From assembly GCF_964355755.1 (NCBI RefSeq), contig NC_092670.1, forward strand, positions 21,562,795-21,626,794: 64,000 nt of DNA, written 5' to 3'. The notes under the pieces were generated by a model that worked only from the letters and a program-made list of their open reading frames with translations, ran no database searches and was not told where the DNA came from. Positions 1 through 11,606 of the stretch are shown piece by piece (within the stretch, counting starts at the first letter, position 1; each line of letters begins with the position of its first letter). Made by a program: the position numbers and the translations under genes. The stretch comes from Antedon mediterranea (lineage: Eukaryota > Animalia > Echinodermata).

Positions 1-1453
1 TACAGTTCTTGAAATTTTAATATATAATGTATAGGTATTGCCAACTATTGTAAAATATATCAAAACAACTGGACAACGTTTCAGTCTTGTCCAAGATGCA
101 TCAATAAAGTTCCTTGACCTGTGACCTGATATAAGGTTACAGACAGATTCCAAAAAGGGGTCAAGGTTCTGCCTGTGACCTCCATGAACTTTGTTCACCC
201 TTCTGGTTTGCCACATATCAGTCCAGTTGTTTGATTTATTTTATATTCTTAGTATCTACCTGGATGAATGATGACTTAAATAAACATATTAATCGGACCG
301 TAATTTTAGTGAATATTTCTGTAAATAAAAGCACTTCTCTGTATGTAAATACAACTTCACATTACATGACAAATTTAAAACGTTCAGGCATGAGTACATT
401 ATTTTAATGAGAAATGTAGTTAAATAAAATATATCCAATTTTATTTACTTGTGTTCATGAAAATTTTGATAAAGACGCACTAGCCATGGCGTGAAGCTTG
501 GGAACACAGCAATTTGAAGCGTTCATTCCCGATTGAGTGTTGTAGAAATGACTCGATCGGTTGCCATTTAACTGGTGGTCAATGGTGGTGCCAATTACTA
601 ATAATAGTAGTTCTCTGACACATTAGAAGTAGCCTAGTAGTGCAAGAGAGGCCCTTGTATACTATATGAGTAGTACTGCCTAAAATACATACGTGATGTC
701 TTTTAAGCATCAACAAAGAATCATTTTTTTTGTAATTATTGCGATATTGTACTTGAATAAGTGTGTAGGCTAGAATGCAGTGTACTCAGGATAACGTTGA
801 TTTTTGACAAAGTGATGATGCAATTAGTTCATTTGATGAGTGATGAAAAAATATGATATTGAATATTTGAGATTTCACACAAGCTTTCATTGTGATAAAT
901 CACTTATCTTGCAAGCCATGGTTCTAAGATACTGTAGTATTACATATTGTCCAATTCAGATACATGTGGTCCTACAATAGAGAGAGCTTTCGATTTGTGG
1001 CTCGTACAGTATTACTGTTAATACTTTTTAACCACTTTTTTTCACAGTTAATAATTTATTGAAATAGTAGTAATGTATGTTACAACCGACTTCAGAAAGT
1101 GCTTGCACTTCACAGTGCATAATAAATGTGGACATGTTTAAATTGTCTAGACTCTGGCGTGTTTATTTTTAAATTCATTAATCAATGTGTGGTGATTTTG
1201 TAGGCATTTAATACTGTATTTAGTTTATAATTTTTGTTGTTGTAAAGTAGATGGGTTTAGTAAGTAGCTACTAAAGTATTATATAATAAGAAAGTACTTT
1301 TTCATAGATTTTTTTTAATTTCTGAGAAAATTATTTTATTTCGTATTACAGTATCCTAGGTTGTGAGTGGGTCTCTGTGCTGTCTTTAGCTAGGCAACAC
1401 ATTGTACCTATATCTTATATTAGAAGGGCCATCAATTCAGGCAGCTGTGAAAG

Positions 1454-2191
1454 CAGGTGCGGATTAAGCATTATAGATAAGTTAAATATTTTATAAATAA
1501 TAAAAACGATCCGTCAGGTTGCAGAAGAAAAAAAAAATAGTCATTATTTTTCAAATACATGGCTGTTAAAGGCAAGGTGCGGGCAAAAAATTTATATTGA
1601 TCATACATTCCAATAATTATCGATCTATAGTTTCCCTATGTTTCATAATTTTTGGGATTTTATTTGTGTTAATGAGCTTGTTGAAAATAAGCATTTTCTT
1701 ATCAGTGGGGGGATAGTTCAAATTACACAGTAAAATCTCTATTCTTTTGTACACAAATTTTGTAAATAGAGAGGCATTTTAAAAAGCTATGAAAAATAAA
1801 CGGTGTGGTAAAAAATGTCATCAGACTAAATATAGGTAATATAACTTGAATATTACATTTCTGATATTTTTATTCAACTCAGATTTTTATTTTCATGCTA
1901 TAGCAAAAAATATCCACCATCTTTTTTCACCGTCTAGGGAGTCACCAGACATGTTATTACCTAACTACTGAAAAAAAGTCTTCCTGGTTTTTATGGAAGA
2001 ATTTTGCCATATTTTGTATTTGACCATATTAAGGGAAATTCATGTTTTTTCGTCTCGATTTCTGTTACAAATATTTGATTTATGTACAATTAACCAAATA
2101 TTATATTTAAAATTCATGCCTGTACCTGAGCTTTAAATTTTAGGTGTGGGGAGTATAAAGCCTGTTTATCCCCCGCATAAATCCGCGCCTG
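1454..2191. mobile_element. Non-autonomous TIR element (hAT-like MITE)
   Basis: Ends CAGGTGCGGATTAA ... TAAATCCGCGCCTG are imperfect inverted repeats; GAAAG is duplicated on both flanks. Confidence 0.6.
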
Positions 2192-2741
2192 GAAAGCGAT
2201 TCTAAACGCTTAAATGCCGGCTTCAAACTCTGGACTAGCTTGATCTGTGTAAAAGTTCTATCTATGCAGTGGAACATTTGATTAACAATTATGTGCCTTT
2301 GAATCTATAAAGATACAAATTTGGCACCTTTCGCTGTTAAATTAATTATCACAGAAATACTTTTATATTTGGCTTATGTGTGGAGGGGTCAAGACTTGCA
2401 AAATTCTGTGAAAAAGGCTGTAAAAGAGGTCAAACAACTCTTGTAACAAGACTTAAAAAAAATATAGCATGCATGTTTCTTCGGAATGTAAAAAAAATCT
2501 AATCAAATTTGTTATTGGTAATGTGTAAATGAATACTAAAAAATAGAGGTCGGTAGGTGCTGAGATCAGGGAGTTGTTATCAACTCCCTGCTGATATGAT
2601 GTCGGCTGAGACCAGATCTTTTCCAAAGATATGATATTCTGAAGTGTAAAACGACATTAAGTATGTGACCGCGCTTATAATGCATTGTGCTTTGTAGGTC
2701 TCTGTGATCATTTGGTCACTGCTATTACTGCCCTCTTACTG

Positions 2742-2916
2742 CAGGGGAAAATTTCATTTTAAAATTTTGTTTAGCAATATTGCTAATCAAACTGATTTTT
2801 TAGTCGAGAAACATAGTTTTGTATTGTATTTTTTGCTACACAAATTTAAAAATCTGTAGCAAAATGGTTGTTTTGTATAGCTTTTTGCTATGCTACACTG
2901 GCGAAATTATTCCCTG
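2742..2916. mobile_element. Short MITE with CAGGG...CCCTG ends
   Basis: CAGGGGAAAATTTC ... GAAATTATTCCCTG with a 5-bp duplication TACTG on both flanks; internal TAGCAA/TTGCTA repeats. Confidence 0.55.
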
Positions 2917-3431
2917 TACTGTATAATTTGTTCGGTTTAAACAATGCAAATTTATTTTCTCTCAACTTTTTGGTTGAAATAGAACATGACCTGTTCGTTG
3001 TATTCAGTAATGTACAGTATTTTAAAAAATGTTTCCGGTAACATGTAGAATTTTAGTGTGATTTGTGTTCACTGTAAAGACATGACCTGCTGGTCTTTTA
3101 TGCAGCGAGCAATGTAAAATGCAGACAATTTTTCGGCAAACATTTTTGTGTAAAAAGGGCTCCATTTGTATTTTATACTGTAGTTGTTTTTAATAAATTT
3201 ATGTGTTCTTCACTTACTGTAAAGGTTTGGTTAAAAGGCAAGCCATTTTCATCATACTTTAGATTTCAGAGTTTGGCATCATGTAAGTAGTAACTTCGGT
3301 AGTTGCTGTTAATTAATTTTCCTAAAAAGCTCAGTGAAAAGGATTTTGGTGAACAAACCTTCCTGGTCTGGTGATAAGCGGGTCAGGGAGGGGGGTGAAA
3401 TTATAACCATTTTTGTCCATTTTCATTACAG

Positions 3432-6400
3432 GATGAACATCAATTAACAGTAGAACAGTTAAGTAAGGTTAGTTACCATAAATATCTTGTTTAAGCCTGG
3501 TTGTTGTAAAATTATTACTAAATAATCTTTAATTGCTATAGGTAGCTTGTACCTTGCTGTAGCTAACGCATCAGAAGCTGCCAAAATAAATAAAGATGCT
3601 GCCAAAATAAATAAAGAAGCTATCAAAATAAAGAATTGTATAATTAAAGAATTTTATAATCATTTCTAAATAACCTTACATTCTATAGGTTGCTGATCTT
3701 GCTGCTGCCAACGCATCAGAAGCTGCCAAAATAGACGCTGCTGTCTACCAGTCTGGTCTTGAATATGATCCGTCGAAGTAAGTTCAAATGATTCATTAAA
3801 CGCAGTTGTGACTGTCTTCACAATCGGTATCTCTTGATTTGCGATGACCTACGACATTGTTGTCAGCTTGTCTGGACATAGAACCTACCAAAACTGTAAA
3901 TAGATAGAGTAGGGAAGAATTAACAGGACCCAAGTTACAGGTCGTCATACACCAAAAGCTACTGATTACATTAAATTAAATCTGCTAAAATTAGGCGTCA
4001 AGGTCATCCAGATGACGGTTCCTTGTATTCTGTATAATATATATACCCTATTAAAACAACATGTGTTGACTGATTTTTGTATTGTTTTGATGTTTTAGTT
4101 ACCAACGAAATCCACGGTACAGTGCACGACCTGTGTGCTTCAACTGCAATAAACCAGGCCATATAGTTAGAAACTGTCCAAAGAATAATAATGTAAGTAT
4201 ACACAGTTGCTACCTACTGTCGGTTGTTGAAATAATCATCAAGAAAATTTGATAGATTTTGCTTACTTGGTGTCAAGTAAATACTGTACTAGGTGAAATT
4301 TTGTGTTTATTACAAATAAATGGTACTTATATCTATTTCAGGACCAGCAAAAGTTCAACCAAACCCAGCCGAAGGAGATGAAGGGAATCCCTATGAGTTT
4401 TGTGAGACCAGCAGGCGACAACATAAAAGGTGCAAAAATGCTACCCTCTGGAGAGTTAGTTGTACCAAGAATAGAACTGTAAGTATGAGAGTTAATTACA
4501 ACTTAAGTAGGTGTGAAACAGTGAATGTTTACTTAACATACTACTGTATATTAGTAATAATTTAGTAATTTTTGTACAAATTTTAATATCTACACATATA
4601 ACATTAATCGTGTCCATGTTTCTATTCCACAGTGCTGCATACTCTGTACTCAAGAGGGATCGTCCACCAGTGTTCAACAATTCTCAGAACCACGAACCTT
4701 TAGATGCTGGTGAACCAGACATTCCTATTGAATTCTTGTGCCCTATCTGCAAAGAGCTTCTAAAAGATGCCGTGGTTATACCTTGTTGTGGGCAGAGCTT
4801 CTGTGATGAGTGTATGTTGAAACAATTTTTGTTCACTAATGCTGTATTTTTGTGGATTTAAATAGAATTGAATGAATGTTTACATTGGTAAATGTGGCCA
4901 CTATTGACTACTATGTTTAAAAACTTTGATTTATATTTCAGGTATTCGAGAGGTGTTGCTATCAACAGATGAACATCAGTGTCCTGATTGCAATGAAGTG
5001 GATGTTTCTCCAGATTCCCTAAGTATTAATAAAAAACTCAGACAGGTATGTTTCTGATTATTTAACACACTACACCTAATTAAATCACATGATAAAGACG
5101 ATACTGTATTTAATTTTGCATACAAGATGATAACAATAGTTAAATGAAAATTCTAATATATAATTTATATTTTTTATTTAGACAATAGCAAAATTCAGAA
5201 ATGACACAGGCTACACAAGAGCAGTTCAGAAGGTGAAAGCACACCAACAAGCACAGATTAAACACGAGCCAAAGGTTGCTACCCAAGCTCCCCCTGCTGC
5301 CCCACAGCGTAGACCTACTCCTCCTGCATTCAGGCCATCACCTGATGGGGGTAGGCCACAAAACAATAGGCAACCGAACAGAAACAATAATGTGTCCAGC
5401 CACTCCAATCAGAGAGTGGTACAGAAACAAGAGGAATATGACAACCAATATGGTGAGAAATATTATAACAGTATAAAACATATTTAGATTTGATGCCCAG
5501 CTCTTAATAGATACTACAGTAGTATACATTGCTACTTCAGAATGTTTCCTCTATATGTAGTAGGTTCAACTAAAAAGAATAAGAAACATTATAATGCTGA
5601 AATGATAATAACTGTAATAATGTGTAAACTGCAAGTATAAAGAAACTTAACACAAACTCTGATGCTTACTTGATAGATGCACTAACACTAAAGTAATTTA
5701 ATGAGATGTTTTAACTTATTTTATAGATGAAAATGAAGACCGACGTCCTGATCATTATAACCATATGGATGAGAGTTACAATCATGGACAACGAACCAAT
5801 AGAGGGCCACCAGCTCATTATGATCACAATAGGCATAGCCAACAGGAACAAGGAGGACCCCCTAATCGAAGAGGTCCACCACCTGATCAAAGAGGTCCAC
5901 CACCTGATCAAAGAGGTCCACCACCTGATCAAAGAGGCACACATGGTCCACCACATGATCAAAGAGGTCCGCATGGTCCACCCCCTGATCAAAGAGGCCC
6001 ACAAGATTATGGAAGACCACCAACCCATAGGGCACCACCTGGCAATTATGCTCCTATAAGACAAGGACCTCCAGAGCATATGGGTCCTGATCATCGACCT
6101 CCACATCCAAATAACTACGGTCCACCTCAACCAAGACACATAAGGCCACCTCCACCCAGACTTCAAGGGCCACCGCCAAGACTTCAAGGGCTGCCACCAC
6201 CTCGACTTCAAAGACCTCTTGGACAACAAGGGCCACCTGGACAACATACTCCCCCACAACATTCAGCTCATCATGGTCCTCCCACATCTGTACCTGGTCC
6301 TCCATATCATATCTCAATGCCGCCCCCACATTCACAAGGCCCCAATCCACCACATTTTACAAGTCCTCCACTGGGTGTTGGACATCACCCTATTCAAGGA

Positions 6401-9400
6401 CATCCAAGATTACAAGTACCACTAGGAAATCAACCTCCAGGAAAGTCACCACCATTATTGCCTCCTGGAACAAGCCCTCCACCTGGAATGACTCCTCCAA
6501 CTCAAGATCAACCACCTAGAGGGCCACCTAGACTACCTATTCCACCCGGTGGTGTACGTATGCCACAACCACCGCCAAGGATGCCTGTCCCAGTGGGTTT
6601 ACCAGTACGTCCACGAATGCCTATGGGACTTGTTCCACCAATACCTGGCATTCCATTACGCCTACCTCCTCCAGGAATAGCTATTAGGCCACCACCACCA
6701 CATGGACCCCTTCCTCCAACAGGACCTGGTGGAAGACCTCTAACCAAAGAAGAATTCCAAGACTACCAAAAGACTATAAAGTAAGTAATAATGTACCTTT
6801 GCTTTATGTCCATTTAAATGCAGTTAATGTATTTAATGTATATAACATTTTACTGCAAAGAGCTACTACAATGGGTCAGCTTTTATCTTTTTCATCCATT
6901 TCATAAACCTTTTGTTTTCTTTCCTTGCATAGAGATCGTGAAGACCCGCTGGCAGCCTTCGAAAGGGAATTGGCAGAGAAAGATCGTAGAGATAAGGAAA
7001 GAAAAGCTGAAGCTCAGGCACATGTAAGATCCAAATCCAGCAGTAGTTACAGCTCAAGTGAGGATTCTTATTCCAGTTCAAATTCCAGATCAAGGTCAAA
7101 GGGTAGGTCAAGATCAAAGAACAGATCAAGGTCCAAAGGAAGGTCTGGATCTAAAGGAAGGTCTCGTTCTAAAGGGAGAGGTCGTTCAAAATCACCTTTG
7201 AGACGTAAACGTTCTCGCTCGGCTATAAGAAGCAGACACCGGTCAAGGTCTTCTAGCAGATATCGATCTCAACGACCACGATCAAGGTCACCTCATTATA
7301 GACGATCTAGATCCAGATCTCCTAGAAGACATCGATCTCCTCTTCCTTCAAGGCATTATCCTCCAAAGAGACGAAGATCAAGATCGCCTTATGGTCAGTA
7401 TCATAGGTCTCCACCACCAGAATATCGGTATGATCCTCGATATGACCGAGGACCCCCTCCACCAACTTATGATGCTCGTTATCCTCATTATGATCAGTAC
7501 TATGAACATGAACGCTATGAACGGCTACCACCTCCTCATATGCCAATGTATGATGATTACTTTGGAGGAGGACCACCACCACCACATCCAGCATCTTATG
7601 GACGTCCTCCATATGAAGGAGAATTCATTCCACAAGGCCCTTATGGACCACCATCAGATTATCCAATGATGCCACCTTGGGAGGATGATTGGGACCATCG
7701 GCCACCTATTGGTCCACCTCGAGATCAACCATACAAGCCACCGCCCAGCCAAGGATTACCACCAGGTCACATGTCTCCAGGACATGATGAATATGGACAT
7801 GACAGATATTCACAAAGCCCAAAGCGATATGAAAGAGATCCTGAATATAGATCAGAGCCCGATGATAGAAGAAAAGATCGATACAGAAAAGAAGAAAGGG
7901 GTAGAAGGGATCCAAGGGACAAAAGGGAACATGGTGACCAACGAGAACCAAGTGGTAGACGAGAAAACAGTGACAGAGATAAGAGAAGTAAAGAAAGTGA
8001 TCATCATAGACCAAAAAGTCAAGATGTAGAGGTAAATAAAGAGAGAAAGGTTGCTGAGCAAATGAAACACAAGGAAGCAAATGTCGTAGAAAAGAAAACA
8101 GAACAAGGTTCACAAGAAAACAGTACTGAGATAAAGAAAGTTATTAAAGATGATATATCAAAGAAAAAATCAGAAGATGAAGAGAAAATTAAAAAGAAGA
8201 AAAAGAAGGAAGCAAAGAAAAAGAAGAAGTTGGAAGGGGAAAATGCTGGAGAATGTGATGAAGATGGCAAAAAGAAAAAGAAGAAAAAAGGCCATGAGAA
8301 GAAAGAGAAAAAAAAGAAACGAAAACATTCCAAAACTGTAGAAGAGAATGAAGAACCAATTCCACCAGGAGTAAGTACTGAACCTGAACCAAAAGTTCCA
8401 AAGCTAGACGAGCCTATGCCTACAGTTATAAAACAAGACAAAAATATACAAGGGCTGAAGTCCGCTATTAGTGTTGTTGATTACTCAAGTGCTACAAGTT
8501 CCCCAAGTCCCAAGAAAAGACCTATGTCTAGCATGGTTACCAAAATGATAGCTCCCCAGGATGAACGGCGTGTTGTCACTACTAATGTGGTGATGCAAGA
8601 TATTCAGGTGATCGAGCAAGAAATCGAGCAAGAACCAGTACAGGCGAGTCCTGTTGCTGAAGATGTCCCACAAGAAGATTTGATAACGATTTCTGTGCCT
8701 GTGTCAAAATGGGATCGAGATGAGTTTGAATCAAGTGATGAGGCATCACCAGAGCATAAGACAACAAAAGCAATTGAACACGATATTGATGAAATTGCCT
8801 TTGAGCCAGATTATGATGAAACCATTGAAGACCATGATAAGGAGATGGAAGACAAAAAGGAGAAAGAAGGAAATGACACAGAACAAAATAAAAAGGCAGG
8901 TAACAATCCTTTAATAAAAAAAGATCTTGAACGAAAACAACGAAGTGAAGATACAGATGAGAAACCGGTCAAAAGTCTTTCAAAGAATCAATCTACAAAG
9001 CAAGAAACAGATGTAAAGAGTAAGAGCAATGATCGAAACAGAACAGATTTAAAGAGTAAAAGTACTGAACTTAAGGGAACAGAGTTAAAAAGTAGAAGTG
9101 CTGAATTTAAGGGAACAGATGTAAGGAGTAGAGGTTCTGAATACAAAGGAGTAGACTTAAAGAATAGAGGTGCCGAATATAAGGGAACAGAGGTAAAGAG
9201 TAGAGGTAATGAATATAAGGGAACAGACTTAAAGAGTAGAGGTGCTGAATATAAGGGAACAGACGTAAAGAGTAGAGGTACTGAATATAAAGGAACAGAC
9301 GTAAAGAGTAGAGGTACTGAATATAAAGGATCAGACGTAAAGAGTAGAGGTACTGAACTTAAGGGAATAGATATAAAGAGAGGTGGAAAAATTAAAATTG

Positions 9401-9885
9401 ACCGAGGGGGTGCAGAGAGAAAGCAGGAACTAGCACCAAAGGGTAAATTAAGAATTCAAGATCGTCTTGGTAAATTACCTGACTCTCATGTAAAACGTGA
9501 CAGAACTCCAGATAGAGCAGAATTTAAAAAACAGAAACGACATGTAGAAGAGAGACAACCAAAGCTTGATAGAGATTCACGTGACCCAGAGAAAGGCGAT
9601 CAAGATAAAAGGAAAGATGATTACCGCAGAAAAGAGGAACGTGAGAAGAAAAAGAGTGTTGAAAGTTTAGTAGAAAGTTCAGATGAAAGCGATAGCGCCA
9701 GTGATTCAGATACTACCCAGTCTACAGATAGTGAAAATGCGAGTAAATCTAAGAAAAGTAAAAAACATAAAAAGCATAAAAAACACAAAAATAAACATAA
9801 AAAGAAAATGCATAAAAATGAAGAGGATATTAAAGTTAAGAAAAATAAACACAAAAAGAAAAAGAAGAAAGCTAAGCAAAATTAA
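3432..9885 (+). CDS. RBBP6: E3 ubiquitin ligase RBBP6 (5'-truncated; DWNN exons lie upstream of the window)
   Basis: GT-AG exons 3432-3467, 3689-3777 (VADLAAANASEAAKIDAAVYQSGLEYDPS), 4099-4192 (zinc knuckle CFNCNKPGHIVRNC), 4342-4478, 4633-4811 and 4942-5045 (RING CPICKELLKDAVVIPCCGQSFCDECIREVLLSTDEHQCPDC), 5182-5452, 5727-6780 (Pro-rich), 6933-9885 (RS domain, Lys-rich tail). Domain order matches RBBP6/Mpe1. Confidence 0.95.
9007..9378 (+). repeat. Coding 36-bp (12-aa) tandem repeat, ~10 copies, consensus GTDVKSRGTEYK
   Basis: Visible in ORF 6925..9885 and in DNA (ggaacagacgtaaagagtagaggtactgaatataaa). Confidence 0.9.
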
Positions 9886-11606
9886 GATTATGGAGTTATC
9901 AATCGAGTTAAATACCAGTAATTTAAATGGGATAACTCGGGGTAAACATGAACAACAAAGTTTGATATCACTTCTAAACATAAATTATTTATATCAGCTT
10001 CTTATGTTTACTTCTTATATTTCATAATTGTTGATATCTTAGACACTTTAAAGTACTGTATATCATTTTGTGTAAAAGCTAAATCTCTGGCAACTATTAT
10101 ATAGTTCTCTATAAATTTTAAAAGTTAACAAGTTTTTTTTAAATGACAATCATGACTAATAAAATTTTTAATCATTGTGCTGTCGCACTTATTAGTTTAA
10201 TATTGTTGATCTAAACTTATCATTGACAAAGTATTTACTTATTTTTCTTAATAAATTGTTTTCAAATTTGGGTTAACAATTATTGTATATAATGATGGCA
10301 ATTGCATCTATGTATATTTGTATCATAAAGATTCTAGGTTTTTTTCTGAATATCTGTATATTGAAAATAACCTGAATTATGCCCCATGGTAAACTACATG
10401 AAAAGTATGACTTTTATGGTTTAAATATTAATAACAGTAAAAATATTGAATAAATATTGCGGTATGTATGTATATTTTTGTGTGTGGCTTGGATGGCTAC
10501 TCATCTTTTGACATGCACGATCTATATAGAAACCTTGGCCCATACCATAGATCGGGTGATTTTGTTGTTGTAAATAATGTACATACTGTATAACATGTAT
10601 GTTTTTCTGGTGTAAGAAATATTACATCGGTAGGTTTAACCATTGTTTTTTATTTATATGAAAGGTGGATTTTAATCAGAAAGGCCGGGACGTTGTATTT
10701 GTTTCTAATGTGATTTTTAGTTACACCAGGTAAAATCTGGTGGCGTAGTAAACTTGTCAGTGGAAATAGGAAATAAATGCATTTTTACTGTGATAAATTT
10801 AATACTGTTTAATTGTGTATTTGTTTTATAATGTATGGTTATGGGAGCGTTGAAGATGAATTGAATAGGCCATTTTGCAGCTACTAATAAAAAGTCAAAA
10901 TAAACCATTCATAACCAAACACCATTGACTTTCAGACAATAGGCTTCCCTTTGACTTTTCTTGAGATTGATTTGAATAGGATTGTATCTAGTAAATAACT
11001 GCTGGAAATAACGGACGATTACTACGTACCATAGTTGCTAATTCAATATACTGTAATTTTTAAAAAATACCTACGAATCATAATTAATACATTTTAGCAG
11101 CCGACGTTGTCCCTTTCAAACGTTCTTTTAAGAATGCAGTAGTTAACAATGCAAAAGATACTATTGCATACTGTAGTATTCATTATTACAGTACCGTACC
11201 ACTGGCGTTTTTTAGTTTCTCAATGTAAAATAATTTACTGTTATGCGAACTTTTTATTTTGATTGCAAGAGATCAATATCGCCATTTTCTAGATAATATA
11301 GGAATCGGCAGTGATCCGTCAATAAGTACAGTATAAACTTATTCAAGGTTCAATGAAATATAACAATTACATTTTTATTTGTCTTTCATGGTTAAGTCTA
11401 AATTGGACCCGTTTAATACAAATCAGAATGCTTTTATACAAAGGGTATTCAAGCTTAAATAAAACATATAGGCCTATATCTACACAAGGAAAGAACAAAA
11501 ATTATTTCAGAACCCTTCTAACAATAATTCGGATAACTATCATTGGTCACACAGCCGCCGACATCGTGTACAATTTACTTCAAACGCGAGCTTAAGCATT
11601 AAGACA

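Noticed and set aside
2596-2642. C/D-box snoRNA (ATGATGT...CTGA)
   Set aside because: Too short, imperfect C box, no terminal stem and no room for a guide.
5711-10027. Many antisense and alternate-frame ORFs over RBBP6
   Set aside because: Shadows of low-complexity Pro/Arg/Lys coding sequence.
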